Shown here in pieces: positions 1-10,012 of a stretch of 27,343 nt of DNA. Source of the stretch: a virus (taxonomy: Duplodnaviria; Heunggongvirae; Uroviricota; Caudoviricetes); the IMG/VR virus record IMGVR_UViG_2734482779_000006, positions 1-27,343 of that record. One strand, written 5' to 3'. The notes beneath the pieces are model-generated. The model saw only the letters and a list, made by a program, of their open reading frames with translations. It was not told the DNA's origin and did no database searches. The translations under genes were made by a program, and so were the position numbers. Positions within the stretch are counted from its first letter, which is position 1. Every line of letters begins with the position of its first letter.

Positions 1-675
1 ATGATTATACATCATATCGCTAATAAACATTTAAATAATGCCGTTTACTGCAAAGGTGGCAGTGATGGCGGCTCTAAAGCCCAGGCACGCGCAACTGAAA
101 AGGGCATCGAACTGCAGCGTGAAATGTGGCAGACGAACATGCAAAACCTTGCACCGTTCACGCCACTCGCTCAGCAGTACGTATCAGAGTTGCAGAATCT
201 TTCCTCTCTTCAGGGGCAAGGTCAGGCGCTTAACCAGTATTACAACTCCCAGCAGTATAAAGACCTTGCAGGGCAGGCGCGTTACCAGAGTCTGGCAGCA
301 GCAGAGGCAACGGGTGGATTAGGCTCTACAGCAACAGGAAACCAGTTAGCAGCAATCGCACCTACACTCGGTCAAAACTGGCTGTCAGGTCAGATGAACA
401 ACTACAACAATCTGGCAAACATTGGCCTTGGTGCTCTTACAGGTCAGGCAAACGCTGGGCAGAACTACGCTAACAACGTCAGCCAATTGTATCAACAGCA
501 GGCGGCAGCATCTGCGGCGAATGCTAACCGACCATCAGGACTGCAATCAGCCTTGGGAGGTGCCATGAGCGGTGCGGCATCAGGGGCGATGATTGGCTCT
601 GTGGTGCCAGGAATAGGTACGGCTGTTGGCGCTATTGGTGGCGGCATTATCGGTGGTCTTGGATCATTGTTTTAA
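1..675 (+). CDS. Gly/Gln-rich virion protein, probable P22 gp7-like ejection (E) protein; may be 5'-partial at the window edge
   Basis: ORF begins at window position 1; low-complexity Q/N/G-rich sequence with Gly-rich C-terminus; first of three consecutive same-strand genes upstream of sieA-mnt-arc-ant-tailspike, which is the P22 late-operon order 7-20-16; size 224 aa is close to P22 gp7. Confidence 0.5.
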   Translation: MIIHHIANKHLNNAVYCKGGSDGGSKAQARATEKGIELQREMWQTNMQNLAPFTPLAQQYVSELQNLSSLQGQGQALNQYYNSQQYKDLAGQARYQSLAAAEATGGLGSTATGNQLAAIAPTLGQNWLSGQMNNYNNLANIGLGALTGQANAGQNYANNVSQLYQQQAAASAANANRPSGLQSALGGAMSGAASGAMIGSVVPGIGTAVGAIGGGIIGGLGSLF

Positions 676-684
676 GGTGGGAAT

Positions 685-2016
685 ATGGCTACTTGGCAAC
701 AAGGAATCAACTCAGGCGGCTTTCTTGCTGGTATCGGTGGGCAAAACTCAAATGCGCCAAAGGCAAGTGATGTAAGTGAGGCGTTGGCCTATATTCGCCA
801 GAACAACGAAATGGAGCGTTCAGGTCGCAATAACATCGGCCTTCAGGCGTTGCAGGGACTTGGTAGTGTCGCTCAAACATATCAAGCTGCAAAGCAACAG
901 GAAGCGGATGCTGCATTCCAAAAAGAATATGCGGCAGCCATCCAGTCCGGTGATCGACAGCAGGTTCGAGATCTGATGACCAAATATCCTGGTCAATTAG
1001 AGAAGATTCAGTCTGGTATGAAGTGGGCAGACGAAGACCAGCGTGATGAAATTGGCAATCTAGCGGCAGGCGGTCAAATTGCCTCCATGATGGGTGGTGA
1101 TGCATTTAGCAAGTGGATTGGAAACAATGCAACCAGATTGTCTAATCAGGGGGTAGACCCACAACAACTCCTCAGCATGTATCAAAAAGACCCACAAGCA
1201 ACATCACAACTTATCGGACAATATGGTCAGTTTGCATTAGGCCATGAAAAGTATTGGGATTTGCAGGACAAGATGGTTGGTCGCCAACTTGAGAAAGGGC
1301 GATTGGATGAAAGCATCCGTCAGGCTGATATGGAGAATGCGAGAGGATGGGCAAATATCCAGAACGCTCAACTAGACAGGGCTCAGCGGGCACAAATGCA
1401 TAATGATAACGTCGCCCTGAAGTTGCAGGAATTAGGGATGAAACAACAGGAAAGCGGAAAGATTGACCCAAAACTTGTTCGAGATCTGAATAGTGATATT
1501 AATGGGTTCTCAAAGAATTATTCTGCAATGCGCAGTGCTTCTGACAACCTACAAGCCCTTGGGAAGCGCAACACTCCAGCCGCGCAGTTGGGAATGATTT
1601 TCAACTATATGAAATCGCTGGATCCGCAATCTGTGGTACGCGAAGGTGAGCAAGTGCAGGTAAAACGCACTGATGGAATATTCGGCACACTTGGTAACTA
1701 TGTTAGCCAATTATCTAACGGCAAGATGCTGAATAATGAGCAAGTCCAAGACTTAATCAACACCTCAAAACTGATGGCAAATACTGAAGGCGAAAAGTTT
1801 AACCAGCAAATGGATGATTATCTTTCAACTTATGGAGATTCTCTCCCCAGCGGACTAACTAAGCAATTGCAATCCAGAAAAGCCAAGCTGTATGAAGATA
1901 TTCAGCAGCCTGCGCAACAACAGAGCAATAACCAACAACCGACAAATACCCAACAGCAGCAGAGTCAATCCGGATCATATACCTCAAAATCAGGCATTCA
2001 ATTTACGGTGGAATGA
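685..2016 (+). CDS. probable P22 gp20-like ejection protein
   Basis: 443-aa ORF with RBS AAGGTGGG upstream of ATG 685; synteny position between gp7-like and gp16-like genes; Q-rich C-terminus. Confidence 0.5.
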   Translation: MATWQQGINSGGFLAGIGGQNSNAPKASDVSEALAYIRQNNEMERSGRNNIGLQALQGLGSVAQTYQAAKQQEADAAFQKEYAAAIQSGDRQQVRDLMTKYPGQLEKIQSGMKWADEDQRDEIGNLAAGGQIASMMGGDAFSKWIGNNATRLSNQGVDPQQLLSMYQKDPQATSQLIGQYGQFALGHEKYWDLQDKMVGRQLEKGRLDESIRQADMENARGWANIQNAQLDRAQRAQMHNDNVALKLQELGMKQQESGKIDPKLVRDLNSDINGFSKNYSAMRSASDNLQALGKRNTPAAQLGMIFNYMKSLDPQSVVREGEQVQVKRTDGIFGTLGNYVSQLSNGKMLNNEQVQDLINTSKLMANTEGEKFNQQMDDYLSTYGDSLPSGLTKQLQSRKAKLYEDIQQPAQQQSNNQQPTNTQQQQSQSGSYTSKSGIQFTVE

Positions 2017-3854
2017 TGAAAGTAACTGCAAACGGAAAGACATTTACCTTCCCTGATGGTACGAGCACGGAAGATATTGGCACCGCCATTGATGAGTATT
2101 TTGCTGGTCAGGCTGTTCAGCAACAAACAGTTAATCAGGCCAATAATGAACCAGCGCGTGAAGAACCATCATTGATGCAACAAGCTGGCGATTGGCTCAC
2201 TGGTGGTCAAAGTGCAGGGCAAATTGCAGAACAGGCTGGTCGTGGTCTGGTAAACATACCATTTGACGTATTGCAGGGTGGCGCAAGTCTGATTAATGCA
2301 ATCAGTCAGGGGCTTGGTGGGCCAAAAGTTTTGGATGATGTTTATCGTCCAGTAGACAGACCGACAGACCCCTACGCTCAAGTTGGAGAAACAATTGGCG
2401 GGTATTTAGTTCCAGGAGTTGGAACGGCAGGAAGCATGGCTATTGGATCACTGGCAGAGGCCGCAAATCAGAAAGGCGATTTCGCACAAAATGCAGCTAA
2501 AAATGCCGGAGTTAACCTTGCCGCTCAGGGTGTTCTTTCCGCAGCAGCAAAGGGAATAGGGCGTGGAATAACGGCTATAAAAGGTGATATTGCGCCAGAA
2601 GTGGCGAAGAAAATTGCCACATCAGAATCGATGGGCGTGACACCAATGACATCTGATGTTATCACGCCGAAAAATGCTTTCACTCGTGGCCTTACTCAGG
2701 ATGCCGAGGGGGCTTTGCTCGGGACAGGCTCAAAGCGAGCTGAGCAATATGCAACGCGTAGTAAGCTGGTAAGTAATTATTTTGACCGTTTTGGTGAGTA
2801 CAACCCTGATGATGTGGTGAAATCTCTGACCACCACGTTAAGGGGGCGGAAGGATGCTGCTGGCGCTGTTATCAATGACGTCACCAATAAAATGGGTAAT
2901 GCCGCAGTTGATACTACAAATACCATGAATGCTCTGAATACAGCGATCGCAAGACAGGAACGGCTTGGGACTTCTGCCAATCAAAGCCTGCTTACATCCT
3001 TGCGTAACCTACGTGAAGAATTAGCAAACCCTGCAACTGATTTGGATGTTACGTTTGATCTCTTGCGCCAGCACAGAACAGCATTTAGATCTAATGTTCA
3101 GGGAGATGCCATGGTCTTCCCCAACCAGGCAAAAGCAGCTACCAATATGGTAGAGAATGCAATGTCAAAAGACCTTCGTAACGCAGTTGCTAAAAACCTC
3201 GGTGCTTCAGACGCAGCAAAATACCTTAAAGCAAATTCCGATTATGCAAACGTTTATAATAAGGTGCTTAATAAAAACATTGCTAACAAGCTCAACAAGG
3301 CAAGCAGTGAAGCCAGTCCTGAACTTATAAATACTGTTGTATTAAGCAGAAAACCATCTGACGTGAAACGAATCTGGAGCGCATTGGATGATAAAGGGAA
3401 AGATGCTATGCGTGCAGCTTACGTCAGCAAAATAGCGGAAAAGGCCGGTGACTCTCCAGCCAAGTTCATCACGGAAGTTAATAAGCTGAAATCTCAGTCA
3501 GGCGGTGAAATTTACAACACTATTTTTTCTGGAAAGCACATGAAAGAACTTGATGCTCTTCATGAAGTTCTACAGCAAACAGCAAGATCAGACACCGCAA
3601 ATGTAGTAACTCAGACGGGGCAATCGCAAGCCAACAGGATAAGGACGATTGGCGCAACTACGACTCTTGGCGTATCAATGGGGCTTGAGGCTGGTTTCGG
3701 TGCAATGATGCGCTTGTATGAATCCAAAGCAGCAAGGAATGCGCTCTTACGTCTGGCAAACACTAAAGCTGGAACGCCAGCTTATGAAAGAGCGCTAAAT
3801 CAGGCGGCTACTGCCGTGCGCCCGCTCTTAGTTAACGAAGCTACCCGGCAGTAG
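2013..3854 (+). CDS. probable P22 gp16-like ejection protein
   Basis: 613-aa ORF; start ATG overlaps upstream stop (ATGA at 2013-2016), indicating translational coupling; size and position match P22 gp16 (about 609 aa). Confidence 0.5.
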   Translation: MMKVTANGKTFTFPDGTSTEDIGTAIDEYFAGQAVQQQTVNQANNEPAREEPSLMQQAGDWLTGGQSAGQIAEQAGRGLVNIPFDVLQGGASLINAISQGLGGPKVLDDVYRPVDRPTDPYAQVGETIGGYLVPGVGTAGSMAIGSLAEAANQKGDFAQNAAKNAGVNLAAQGVLSAAAKGIGRGITAIKGDIAPEVAKKIATSESMGVTPMTSDVITPKNAFTRGLTQDAEGALLGTGSKRAEQYATRSKLVSNYFDRFGEYNPDDVVKSLTTTLRGRKDAAGAVINDVTNKMGNAAVDTTNTMNALNTAIARQERLGTSANQSLLTSLRNLREELANPATDLDVTFDLLRQHRTAFRSNVQGDAMVFPNQAKAATNMVENAMSKDLRNAVAKNLGASDAAKYLKANSDYANVYNKVLNKNIANKLNKASSEASPELINTVVLSRKPSDVKRIWSALDDKGKDAMRAAYVSKIAEKAGDSPAKFITEVNKLKSQSGGEIYNTIFSGKHMKELDALHEVLQQTARSDTANVVTQTGQSQANRIRTIGATTTLGVSMGLEAGFGAMMRLYESKAARNALLRLANTKAGTPAYERALNQAATAVRPLLVNEATRQ

Positions 3855-3876
3855 CACTGTAAGCCAAGGACGGCAT

Positions 3877-4371
3877 TTATTTTATAGTTTTTATGAATTC
3901 TTTATTAAATCCCTTCGCTTCTCCTGGGTATCTTCCGAAGACAATTTTTATAAAAACAGAAAAAATAAAGATAGCAACGCTTAACAACAATTGCAGTATC
4001 ATTGGAACCCAAAGAACTACAGGCTCTATATTCATGAAACCAAATATTCTTCCGGCGATCATGGCGAAGTACCACACTGTTATCAGCAAACTTAGTGGCA
4101 TATGAATTACTGATATTACCAATCCAAGAGCATCAGTAATTCTGTTTTCAAATTTTTCAGGGGAAAACTTTTCTTTAAGGTAATTCAGTGCGCAGGCCTC
4201 ATTCTCTGGATTTTCAGCATTTTTCCCTATAGCAATAGAAATCTCAGATATCCTTGATTCAATTCTTTTACGTTTAATAAAACTAGAAAAAAAGAACCAC
4301 GCAATCTGCAACCCTATCCCCAGAAATAGAGTTGCGGCAACTAGCACAGCGTAACTCATAGAATCAGACAC
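3877..4371 (-). CDS. small inner-membrane protein, SieA-like superinfection-exclusion candidate
   Basis: Several hydrophobic helices; sits immediately after the gp16-like gene on the opposite strand, where P22 carries sieA; start uncertain (in-frame GTG at 4371 with AGGAGG 5 nt upstream, or ATG at 4359). Confidence 0.4.
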   Translation of the reverse strand: MSDSMSYAVLVAATLFLGIGLQIAWFFFSSFIKRKRIESRISEISIAIGKNAENPENEACALNYLKEKFSPEKFENRITDALGLVISVIHMPLSLLITVWYFAMIAGRIFGFMNIEPVVLWVPMILQLLLSVAIFIFSVFIKIVFGRYPGEAKGFNKEFIKTIK

Positions 4372-4435
4372 ACCAACCTCCTTAGTTTTGTGCAGGATAC
4401 CAGATGATAATGTGTAGTTGGAGTAGCGCGGTTGT

Positions 4436-4526
4436 AATGCAAGCATTTTGTTTTGGTTTTATGCTTGCTTGTATGTGTGTACAGTGTATATAATGCAAGC
4501 ATATATCACAACAAGGTGCTTGCATT
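4436..4526. promoter_or_regulatory. divergent promoter/operator region with four copies of the palindromic motif TGCAAGCA/TGCTTGCA
   Basis: Motif at 4438-4445, 4462-4468, 4494-4501 and 4517-4524; sigma70-like -35 TTGCTT (4465-4470) and -10 TATAAT (4489-4494) overlap copies 2 and 3; copy 4 overlaps the RBS AAGGTG of the 4527 gene. Confidence 0.5.
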
Positions 4527-5519
4527 ATGACAGAAAAGAAAAGTAGTGAAGGGAAAGCTAAGGGCGGGATCGCTCGCGCAAAGTCGCTGACTAAAGAGCA
4601 GCGTTCTGAAATAGCAAAGAAAGCAGCGGCTGCAAGATGGAAGGATAAACCATTAATTGCCACGCATAAGGGATCGTTCCAGCATGAATTCGGGATTGAT
4701 GTTGAGTGCTATGTGTTAAATGATGATAACAAAACTGCCGTTATTAGCCAGAGAGGCATGGGAGAAGCGATTGGTCTTGGCGAAGGTGGCAGCAGGTTGC
4801 CAAAGTTTATTCAGGGGAAAACTATTTCTCAGTATATTGGGCATGAATTAAGGGCAAAACTTGAAAATCCTCTTATTTTTCAATACAAACAGGCGGGCAC
4901 GAACACTCCAGCTAATCCTGTAATACATGGCTACGATGTAACAATATTAATTGATTTATGTCGAGCAATCTCTAATGCTAAAGCTGAAGGTAAGTTGCTT
5001 TCCAGTCAGGAAGGGATTGCTAAGCAAGCCAGAATCATTATTGATGCATCAGCCAAGGCGGGCATTCAGGGGCTTGTTTATGCTTTGGCAGGGTATGACA
5101 GAACAAAAGAAGAGGTAATTCAAGCATATAAGCGATATGTTGCTGAAGAGGCTCGTGAGTATGAAAGAGAGTTCACCCCTGAACTTTATGAGCATTGGTA
5201 TCGTTTGTATGGTATAGACAAACCAGTTAGAGGGCGACCATGGGCGTTTAAATATCTTACGATAGATCACATTTATTACCCATTAGCCAGAAGTGAAGGA
5301 AAGGTATTTAATTTAGCAAAAACTTCAAAAGAAGAGAAAGGCAGCAAAAACGATAAAATACACCAGTTTTTATCAGAGGTTGGAGTTAAGGCTCTTAGAA
5401 CCCAAATAGGTAAGGTTACTGGTATTGCAATGGTTTCTGATACTCGAGAAGAGTATGAGAAATACATAGATGAAAAGGTTATTGGACAAAGAACCATAGA
5501 CTTAAAAGATAAAGAATAA
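4527..5519 (+). CDS. hypothetical phage accessory protein with a basic K/A/R-rich N-terminal segment
   Basis: 330-aa ORF with good RBS and a downstream intrinsic terminator; N-terminus KGGIARAKSLTKEQRSEIAKKAAAARW suggests nucleic-acid binding; located between sieA-like and mnt. Confidence 0.6.
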   Translation: MTEKKSSEGKAKGGIARAKSLTKEQRSEIAKKAAAARWKDKPLIATHKGSFQHEFGIDVECYVLNDDNKTAVISQRGMGEAIGLGEGGSRLPKFIQGKTISQYIGHELRAKLENPLIFQYKQAGTNTPANPVIHGYDVTILIDLCRAISNAKAEGKLLSSQEGIAKQARIIIDASAKAGIQGLVYALAGYDRTKEEVIQAYKRYVAEEAREYEREFTPELYEHWYRLYGIDKPVRGRPWAFKYLTIDHIYYPLARSEGKVFNLAKTSKEEKGSKNDKIHQFLSEVGVKALRTQIGKVTGIAMVSDTREEYEKYIDEKVIGQRTIDLKDKE

Positions 5520-5520
5520 G

Positions 5521-5548
5521 AAAAACCCACCGTCAGGTGGGTTTTTTG
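5521..5548. terminator. bidirectional intrinsic terminator
   Basis: Stem ACCCACC/GGTGGGT with loop GTCA, flanked by an A-run upstream and a T-run downstream; lies between convergent genes ending at 5519 and 5533. Confidence 0.6.
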
Positions 5549-5784
5549 TTTTCTTGCATGTTCCTCAGCGTCTCAAGCAGCGCCTCTTTGAATTTGTCAG
5601 CTTCTTGCTGAGCAAATGACTCAACTGACTTTGGCGACCTATCTTCATCAATCGCGGCCTGCAAAATCATGACGATCTCGGAGTTAACAGAGCGACCATT
5701 TTTTGATGCTCTGACAGCAAGAGCCTCACGTAAAGATTCAGGGATTCTTACCGTAGTTGGAGAAATTGACACACCCTTTGCCAT
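5533..5784 (-). CDS. mnt: Mnt-like ribbon-helix-helix repressor
   Basis: 83 aa, the same length as P22 Mnt; conserved RHH core (RIPESLREALAVRASKNGRSVNSEIV against P22 FRMPMEVREKLKFRAEANGRSMNSELL); divergent from arc as in P22 immI. Confidence 0.8.
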   Translation of the reverse strand: MAKGVSISPTTVRIPESLREALAVRASKNGRSVNSEIVMILQAAIDEDRSPKSVESFAQQEADKFKEALLETLRNMQENKKPT

Positions 5785-5898
5785 ATCACACCTTTGGTAT
5801 TCAATTTGATATCAAAGTGTATGCAAAAAAATTTTGACTAGATATACTCACTTTGCTATCTTTTGTATTCGAAAAGAGTTGTTTGTGTGGAGGGTAAC
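5785..5898. promoter_or_regulatory. divergent mnt/arc promoter-operator region
   Basis: Perfect 12-bp palindrome TTTGATATCAAA at 5805-5816 next to the mnt start; -35 TTGACT at 5834-5839 with candidate -10 TATCTT at 5857-5862 facing arc. Confidence 0.45.
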
Positions 5899-6051
5899 AT
5901 GGAGAAAGAAATAAGTAAGATTTTGGTAAGGATGCCGCAGTCGTTAAAGGATGCTATCGGTAGCAGGGCAAAGGAAGAGTGCAGGTCGTTTAACTCAGAG
6001 GTTATCAAGCGCCTGATAGACAGCCTGAAGAGAGAGGGGGTGGCGATATGA
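5899..6051 (+). CDS. arc: Arc-like ribbon-helix-helix repressor
   Basis: 50 aa from ATG 5899 (GGAGGG RBS); RMPQSLKDAIGSRAKEECRSFNSEVIKRLIDSLKREG aligns with P22 Arc RWPREVLDLVRKVAEENGRSVNSEIYQRVMESFKKEG. Confidence 0.75.
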   Translation: MEKEISKILVRMPQSLKDAIGSRAKEECRSFNSEVIKRLIDSLKREGVAI

Positions 6052-6230
6052 ATAAAGAAGATGGCTTTAAGTGCTCCTTCTGCGGAAAGCCTCAGCATGA
6101 ATGTGCAATGTTGATTCGCGCTAAAGCAGAGATATTTATCTGTAGTGGTTGTGTATCTCTTTGCGTTGAAGCGATGGGGAAAGAGTTAAATTCTAGAAAA
6201 ACAATGTTAGATGTGAACATAAAACAGTGA
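6048..6230 (+). CDS. small zinc-ribbon protein resembling the ClpX N-terminal zinc-binding domain
   Basis: 60 aa; CSFCGKPQHE...IFICSGCVSLC matches the ClpX motif CSFCGKSQHE...YICDECVDLC (C4 zinc site); start ATG overlaps the arc stop (ATGA at 6048-6051). Confidence 0.6.
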   Translation: MNKEDGFKCSFCGKPQHECAMLIRAKAEIFICSGCVSLCVEAMGKELNSRKTMLDVNIKQ

Positions 6231-6292
6231 AGCCCCAACTGCGGTAACAGTCAGGGCTTCGGTTGTCGGTAAATCCGTGGAGAAAAACCAAC

Positions 6293-7195
6293 ATGAATAG
6301 TATAGCAATTTTAGAAGCAGTAAACACCTCTTACGTACCTTTCAATGGTCAGCAGATTATCACCGCCATGGCTGCCGGAGTTGCATATGTTGCGATGAAG
6401 CCAATCGTTGAAAACCTCGGAATGAGCTGGGGTACTCAGCAACAAAAACTTATGAAACAACTAGATAAGTTCAACTGTATTCATATGAATATGGTTGCTG
6501 CTGATGGAAAGCTTCGTAAGTTACTCTGCCTTCCTTTGAAGAAGTTAAATGGGTGGCTGTTCAGCATTAACCCTGAGAAAGTTCGTGCTGACATCCGCGA
6601 TAAACTTATTCAGTACCAGGAAGAATGCTTTACTGTGCTGCATGACTACTGGACGAAGGGAAAGGCAGAAAATGCACGTAAGAAAACATCTGTTGATGAC
6701 AGGACTCCGCTTCGTGATGCTGTAAATATGCTAGTCAGCAAAAAGCATCTAATGTACCCAGAAGCTTATGCAATGATTCATCAGCGTTTCAATGTGGAAA
6801 GTATTGAAGAGCTTGATGCATCTCAGATACCGCAAGCCGTAGAGTACATCCACAGGGTAGTGCTTGAAGGTGAGTTCATTGGCAAACAAGAGAAGAAGAC
6901 CAACGAGCTTTCTGCAAAAGAAGCAAACAGTCTTGTATGGTTATGGGATTATGCCAACCGCTCACAGGCATTATTCCGCGAACTGTATCCGGCATTAAAA
7001 CAAATTCAATCGAACTATTCCGGCAGATGCTACGACTACGGTCATGAATTCTCGTATGTTCTCGGAATGGCGAGAGACGTTTTAATAAACCACACACGAG
7101 ATGTTGATATTAATGAGCCAGACGGACCAACGAATCTTTCCGCATGGATGAGACTTAAGAATAAAGAATTGCCTCCTTCAGTACATAACTACTGA
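6293..7195 (+). CDS. ant: Ant antirepressor
   Basis: N-terminus [22 protein letters not shown] matches the P22 Ant N-terminus as recalled; the true start is ATG 6293 rather than the TTG at 6263; followed by an intrinsic terminator. Confidence 0.85.
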   Translation: MNSIAILEAVNTSYVPFNGQQIITAMAAGVAYVAMKPIVENLGMSWGTQQQKLMKQLDKFNCIHMNMVAADGKLRKLLCLPLKKLNGWLFSINPEKVRADIRDKLIQYQEECFTVLHDYWTKGKAENARKKTSVDDRTPLRDAVNMLVSKKHLMYPEAYAMIHQRFNVESIEELDASQIPQAVEYIHRVVLEGEFIGKQEKKTNELSAKEANSLVWLWDYANRSQALFRELYPALKQIQSNYSGRCYDYGHEFSYVLGMARDVLINHTRDVDINEPDGPTNLSAWMRLKNKELPPSVHNY

Positions 7196-7214
7196 CAGAT
7201 AACCAACGCAACGA

Positions 7215-7238
7215 CCCAGCTTCGGCTGGGTTTTTTTA
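7215..7238 (+). terminator. rho-independent terminator after ant
   Basis: Hairpin CCCAGC-TTCG-GCTGGG followed by TTTTTTT. Confidence 0.7.
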
Positions 7239-7305
7239 TGCCCAAAATTCACCGTAGCTACGCTGCGGCGATTCCTTGTATCTGGAGCAAATTAAATGAC
7301 AGACA

Positions 7306-7794
7306 TTATCTAAAACAAGCAAACTCGCCATGATATTTTTCCCTGAATGCAATAGACATCAATTCGGCCAGCTCAATATCATCGGTATACCCAAGGCAAA
7401 TAGACTTACCTTTTAGTTTGAACATAACTTTATATGTGTTTTTCCCTTTAAGAAGATGAACTCCTTTTATACCTGTATTGGATGATGAAACGCTGTTGGT
7501 TTTATTCTGACCTCTGGTTACTTCTCTTAGGTTTGAAATTCTATTGTCATTTTTAACCCCGTTAATATGGTCAATTAACCCTTTAGGCCAGCATCCTTTC
7601 ATATAAAACCAAGCAAGTCGGTGGCAAAGATACGATTTTCCATTAATCCGTATTGATAAGTAGTCGGCCTGTGAGTTCGTCTTAAATCCAGCAACCTTTC
7701 CGATACTGGAGCTACCAGAAGCTATCTTCCAAGTGAAGACGCCTGTTTCTGGGTTGTAGTTGAGTGAAGAGGTTAATTCTTTATGAGTAATCAT
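7306..7794 (-). CDS. HNH homing-type endonuclease (HNH_3/AP2-like)
   Basis: Motifs CHRLAW...GLIDHINGVKNDNRISNLR typical of phage HNH endonucleases; ATG at 7794 has better RBS spacing (AAGGA plus 6 nt) than the ATG at 7800. Confidence 0.75.
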   Translation of the reverse strand: MITHKELTSSLNYNPETGVFTWKIASGSSSIGKVAGFKTNSQADYLSIRINGKSYLCHRLAWFYMKGCWPKGLIDHINGVKNDNRISNLREVTRGQNKTNSVSSSNTGIKGVHLLKGKNTYKVMFKLKGKSICLGYTDDIELAELMSIAFREKYHGEFACFR

Positions 7795-7820
7795 ATTCAT
7801 TCCTTAAATAGAGATTCACT

Positions 7821-9953
7821 ATGTCAAATATTGTGCCAAATGTTATAATTTCAATGCCAAGTCAACTATTTACGTTAGCCAGAAAATTCCAAGCCGCAAG
7901 CAATGGCAAGATATTCATTGGTAAGATAGATTCCGATCCTACGCTCCCACAGAATCAAGTGCAGGTTTATGTGGAGAATGAAGACGGTTCTCACGTTCCT
8001 GTTTCGCAACCAATCATCATTAACGCTGCTGGTTATCCTGTATATAACGGACAGATTGCCAAATTCGTTACCGTGCAAGGCCATTCTATGGCTGTTTATG
8101 ATGCGTATGGTGCACAGCAGTTTTACTACCCAAACATTCTGAAATATAACCCTGACCAATTAGAGTTGAGATTAATTGGACCGGATGGTTTTAAATACAT
8201 AGGGAGATGCAAAAATATTAATGATTTACGTCTAATAGAACCAACAATTGAAAGTCAATTAATAAATGTTATTGAGCATAGTGATGGTGTTGGTATCGGT
8301 GGCGGTTTTTTTGAGTATGATTCAACAGATAATACTTCAGAAGATGATGATGGAATGATAATTGTCACGCCTGGTGGAAAGCGTTGGAAAAGGATATGCA
8401 ATAAAGTGTATGCTGATTATTACGGAATTGTTCCAGATGGAGTAACGGATTATCATGATAAATTGAACAAAGCACTGCAAGCGGCAAAAATGGCAACGGT
8501 GAAAGAGCTTATTCTTTCTGAAGGTACTTACGGGATTAACTCTGCACTGAAAGTACCATCTCACGTTAGATTGCGTGGGGTGGGGAAATTTAAGACCGTT
8601 ATTCTAGCACTACCAACAATGCCGATAATTGAAAACTGTATTCAGAACGAGCTTTATGAATACAGGGTATTCAGGACAAACTACGATACTTCTATCCACA
8701 TAGAAGACTTATGTGTAGATGCTAACAATCGAGCAAGAAATCCGTCAGAAACATGGATGGATGCCACACAGGGGACTACTATTTTATTTTCTACTGTTAG
8801 CCACAGTTCCATCAAAAACGTTTACTGTAAGCGTGGTTTGCAGCATGGTATAGATATTTGTGCCGGGTATTATTTCGATGATGGAAATATTGATAATAAT
8901 GCAGTTGGCGGTAGCTATGACATTGTTGTTGAAGACACTTTTGTTCAAAACAGTCAACTTGACGATCTCATTACAACGCATAATAGCAGTGATATTGTAA
9001 TTAACCGCTGCCGAGTATGGAACGATGACCCATCTCAAGTATGGAATGATAACCAACACGGAATTGAAATTGATGAAGGAAGTTATAACGTCACAGTAAT
9101 GGATTGTTATGCTGAAAATGTTATCACTGGGTTTCAACAAAAAGGTCACTCCACTACAATGCCTGCTAGAAGTGTCCGATTCATTCGTTGTTATGCAAAA
9201 GATTGTGTTTACAGTTTCCAAATTGAACATCGAAACTCACAAACAATACCTTCTGGGCAACATCAACAAGCGCGTAATTCAGTGATTGAGGATTGTACGT
9301 CTGATAACGCAAATAATATTAAATATCAGGCTCTTCACGCTCGCGCGCTTCTTGTTTTAGGTTTTTTTGGTGTTTATGTGCGAAATCTGAGAGTTATAGG
9401 AGGGTCAGGAAATATATATTTAACTGGTGGTGCTAAATATATAAATATCGATGGTGTTCAGTGGACTGGAGGGTATGATGGAGCATCAAGCACCACACAG
9501 GAAGGGTTGATACATATAGAAACTAACGCAGCAGTTGATGATTATTGCATTCGTGATTTTATATGTGAAGATACGGTTACCGTGCCACTTATAAGAGACC
9601 TTACTGACACCACTGTTCAGCGAGAAATATCAAATGTTCGTGGGTATGGCGGGGATAATTCAATCCCAATGATCGCTATTGCGCCGCAGTCTGGTGATAA
9701 TATATCTAATATATCTAATGCGGGTACGTGGGCCTGCGCCATTAGAGATATGGCTAGAGAGGTAGGACAAGGTGATTACGCTCAAAGTGTATCCTTCCAG
9801 AATGGTTTCATTTTTATTTCAGGTAATGGCACCCCAAATGGGGTTATATCTGGCAAACCTGGTGCCGTGTATGTTAACACGGCGAGTGGATTTCAGTATC
9901 TTTGCACGGCTATAGGCAAAAATAACTGGGTTCCAATTACAACCGGAGTTTGA
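7821..9953 (+). CDS. tailspike protein with P22-type N-terminal head-binding domain
   Basis: First ~110 aa ([49 protein letters not shown]...[15 protein letters not shown]...LKYNPDQ) closely parallel the P22 gp9 N-terminus; the remainder is a long divergent receptor-binding region; 710 aa. Confidence 0.9.
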   Translation: MSNIVPNVIISMPSQLFTLARKFQAASNGKIFIGKIDSDPTLPQNQVQVYVENEDGSHVPVSQPIIINAAGYPVYNGQIAKFVTVQGHSMAVYDAYGAQQFYYPNILKYNPDQLELRLIGPDGFKYIGRCKNINDLRLIEPTIESQLINVIEHSDGVGIGGGFFEYDSTDNTSEDDDGMIIVTPGGKRWKRICNKVYADYYGIVPDGVTDYHDKLNKALQAAKMATVKELILSEGTYGINSALKVPSHVRLRGVGKFKTVILALPTMPIIENCIQNELYEYRVFRTNYDTSIHIEDLCVDANNRARNPSETWMDATQGTTILFSTVSHSSIKNVYCKRGLQHGIDICAGYYFDDGNIDNNAVGGSYDIVVEDTFVQNSQLDDLITTHNSSDIVINRCRVWNDDPSQVWNDNQHGIEIDEGSYNVTVMDCYAENVITGFQQKGHSTTMPARSVRFIRCYAKDCVYSFQIEHRNSQTIPSGQHQQARNSVIEDCTSDNANNIKYQALHARALLVLGFFGVYVRNLRVIGGSGNIYLTGGAKYINIDGVQWTGGYDGASSTTQEGLIHIETNAAVDDYCIRDFICEDTVTVPLIRDLTDTTVQREISNVRGYGGDNSIPMIAIAPQSGDNISNISNAGTWACAIRDMAREVGQGDYAQSVSFQNGFIFISGNGTPNGVISGKPGAVYVNTASGFQYLCTAIGKNNWVPITTGV

Positions 9954-10012
9954 TGGTTAAAAATATCACACGCAAAGCTTTGCATCGGTTTGCAAGGTTT
10001 TGCGCCAATTCC

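Noticed and set aside
707-1471. Minus- and plus-strand ORFs overlapping the gp20-like gene
   Set aside because: Shadow ORFs within a long plus-strand gene; Pro/His/Arg-rich translations.
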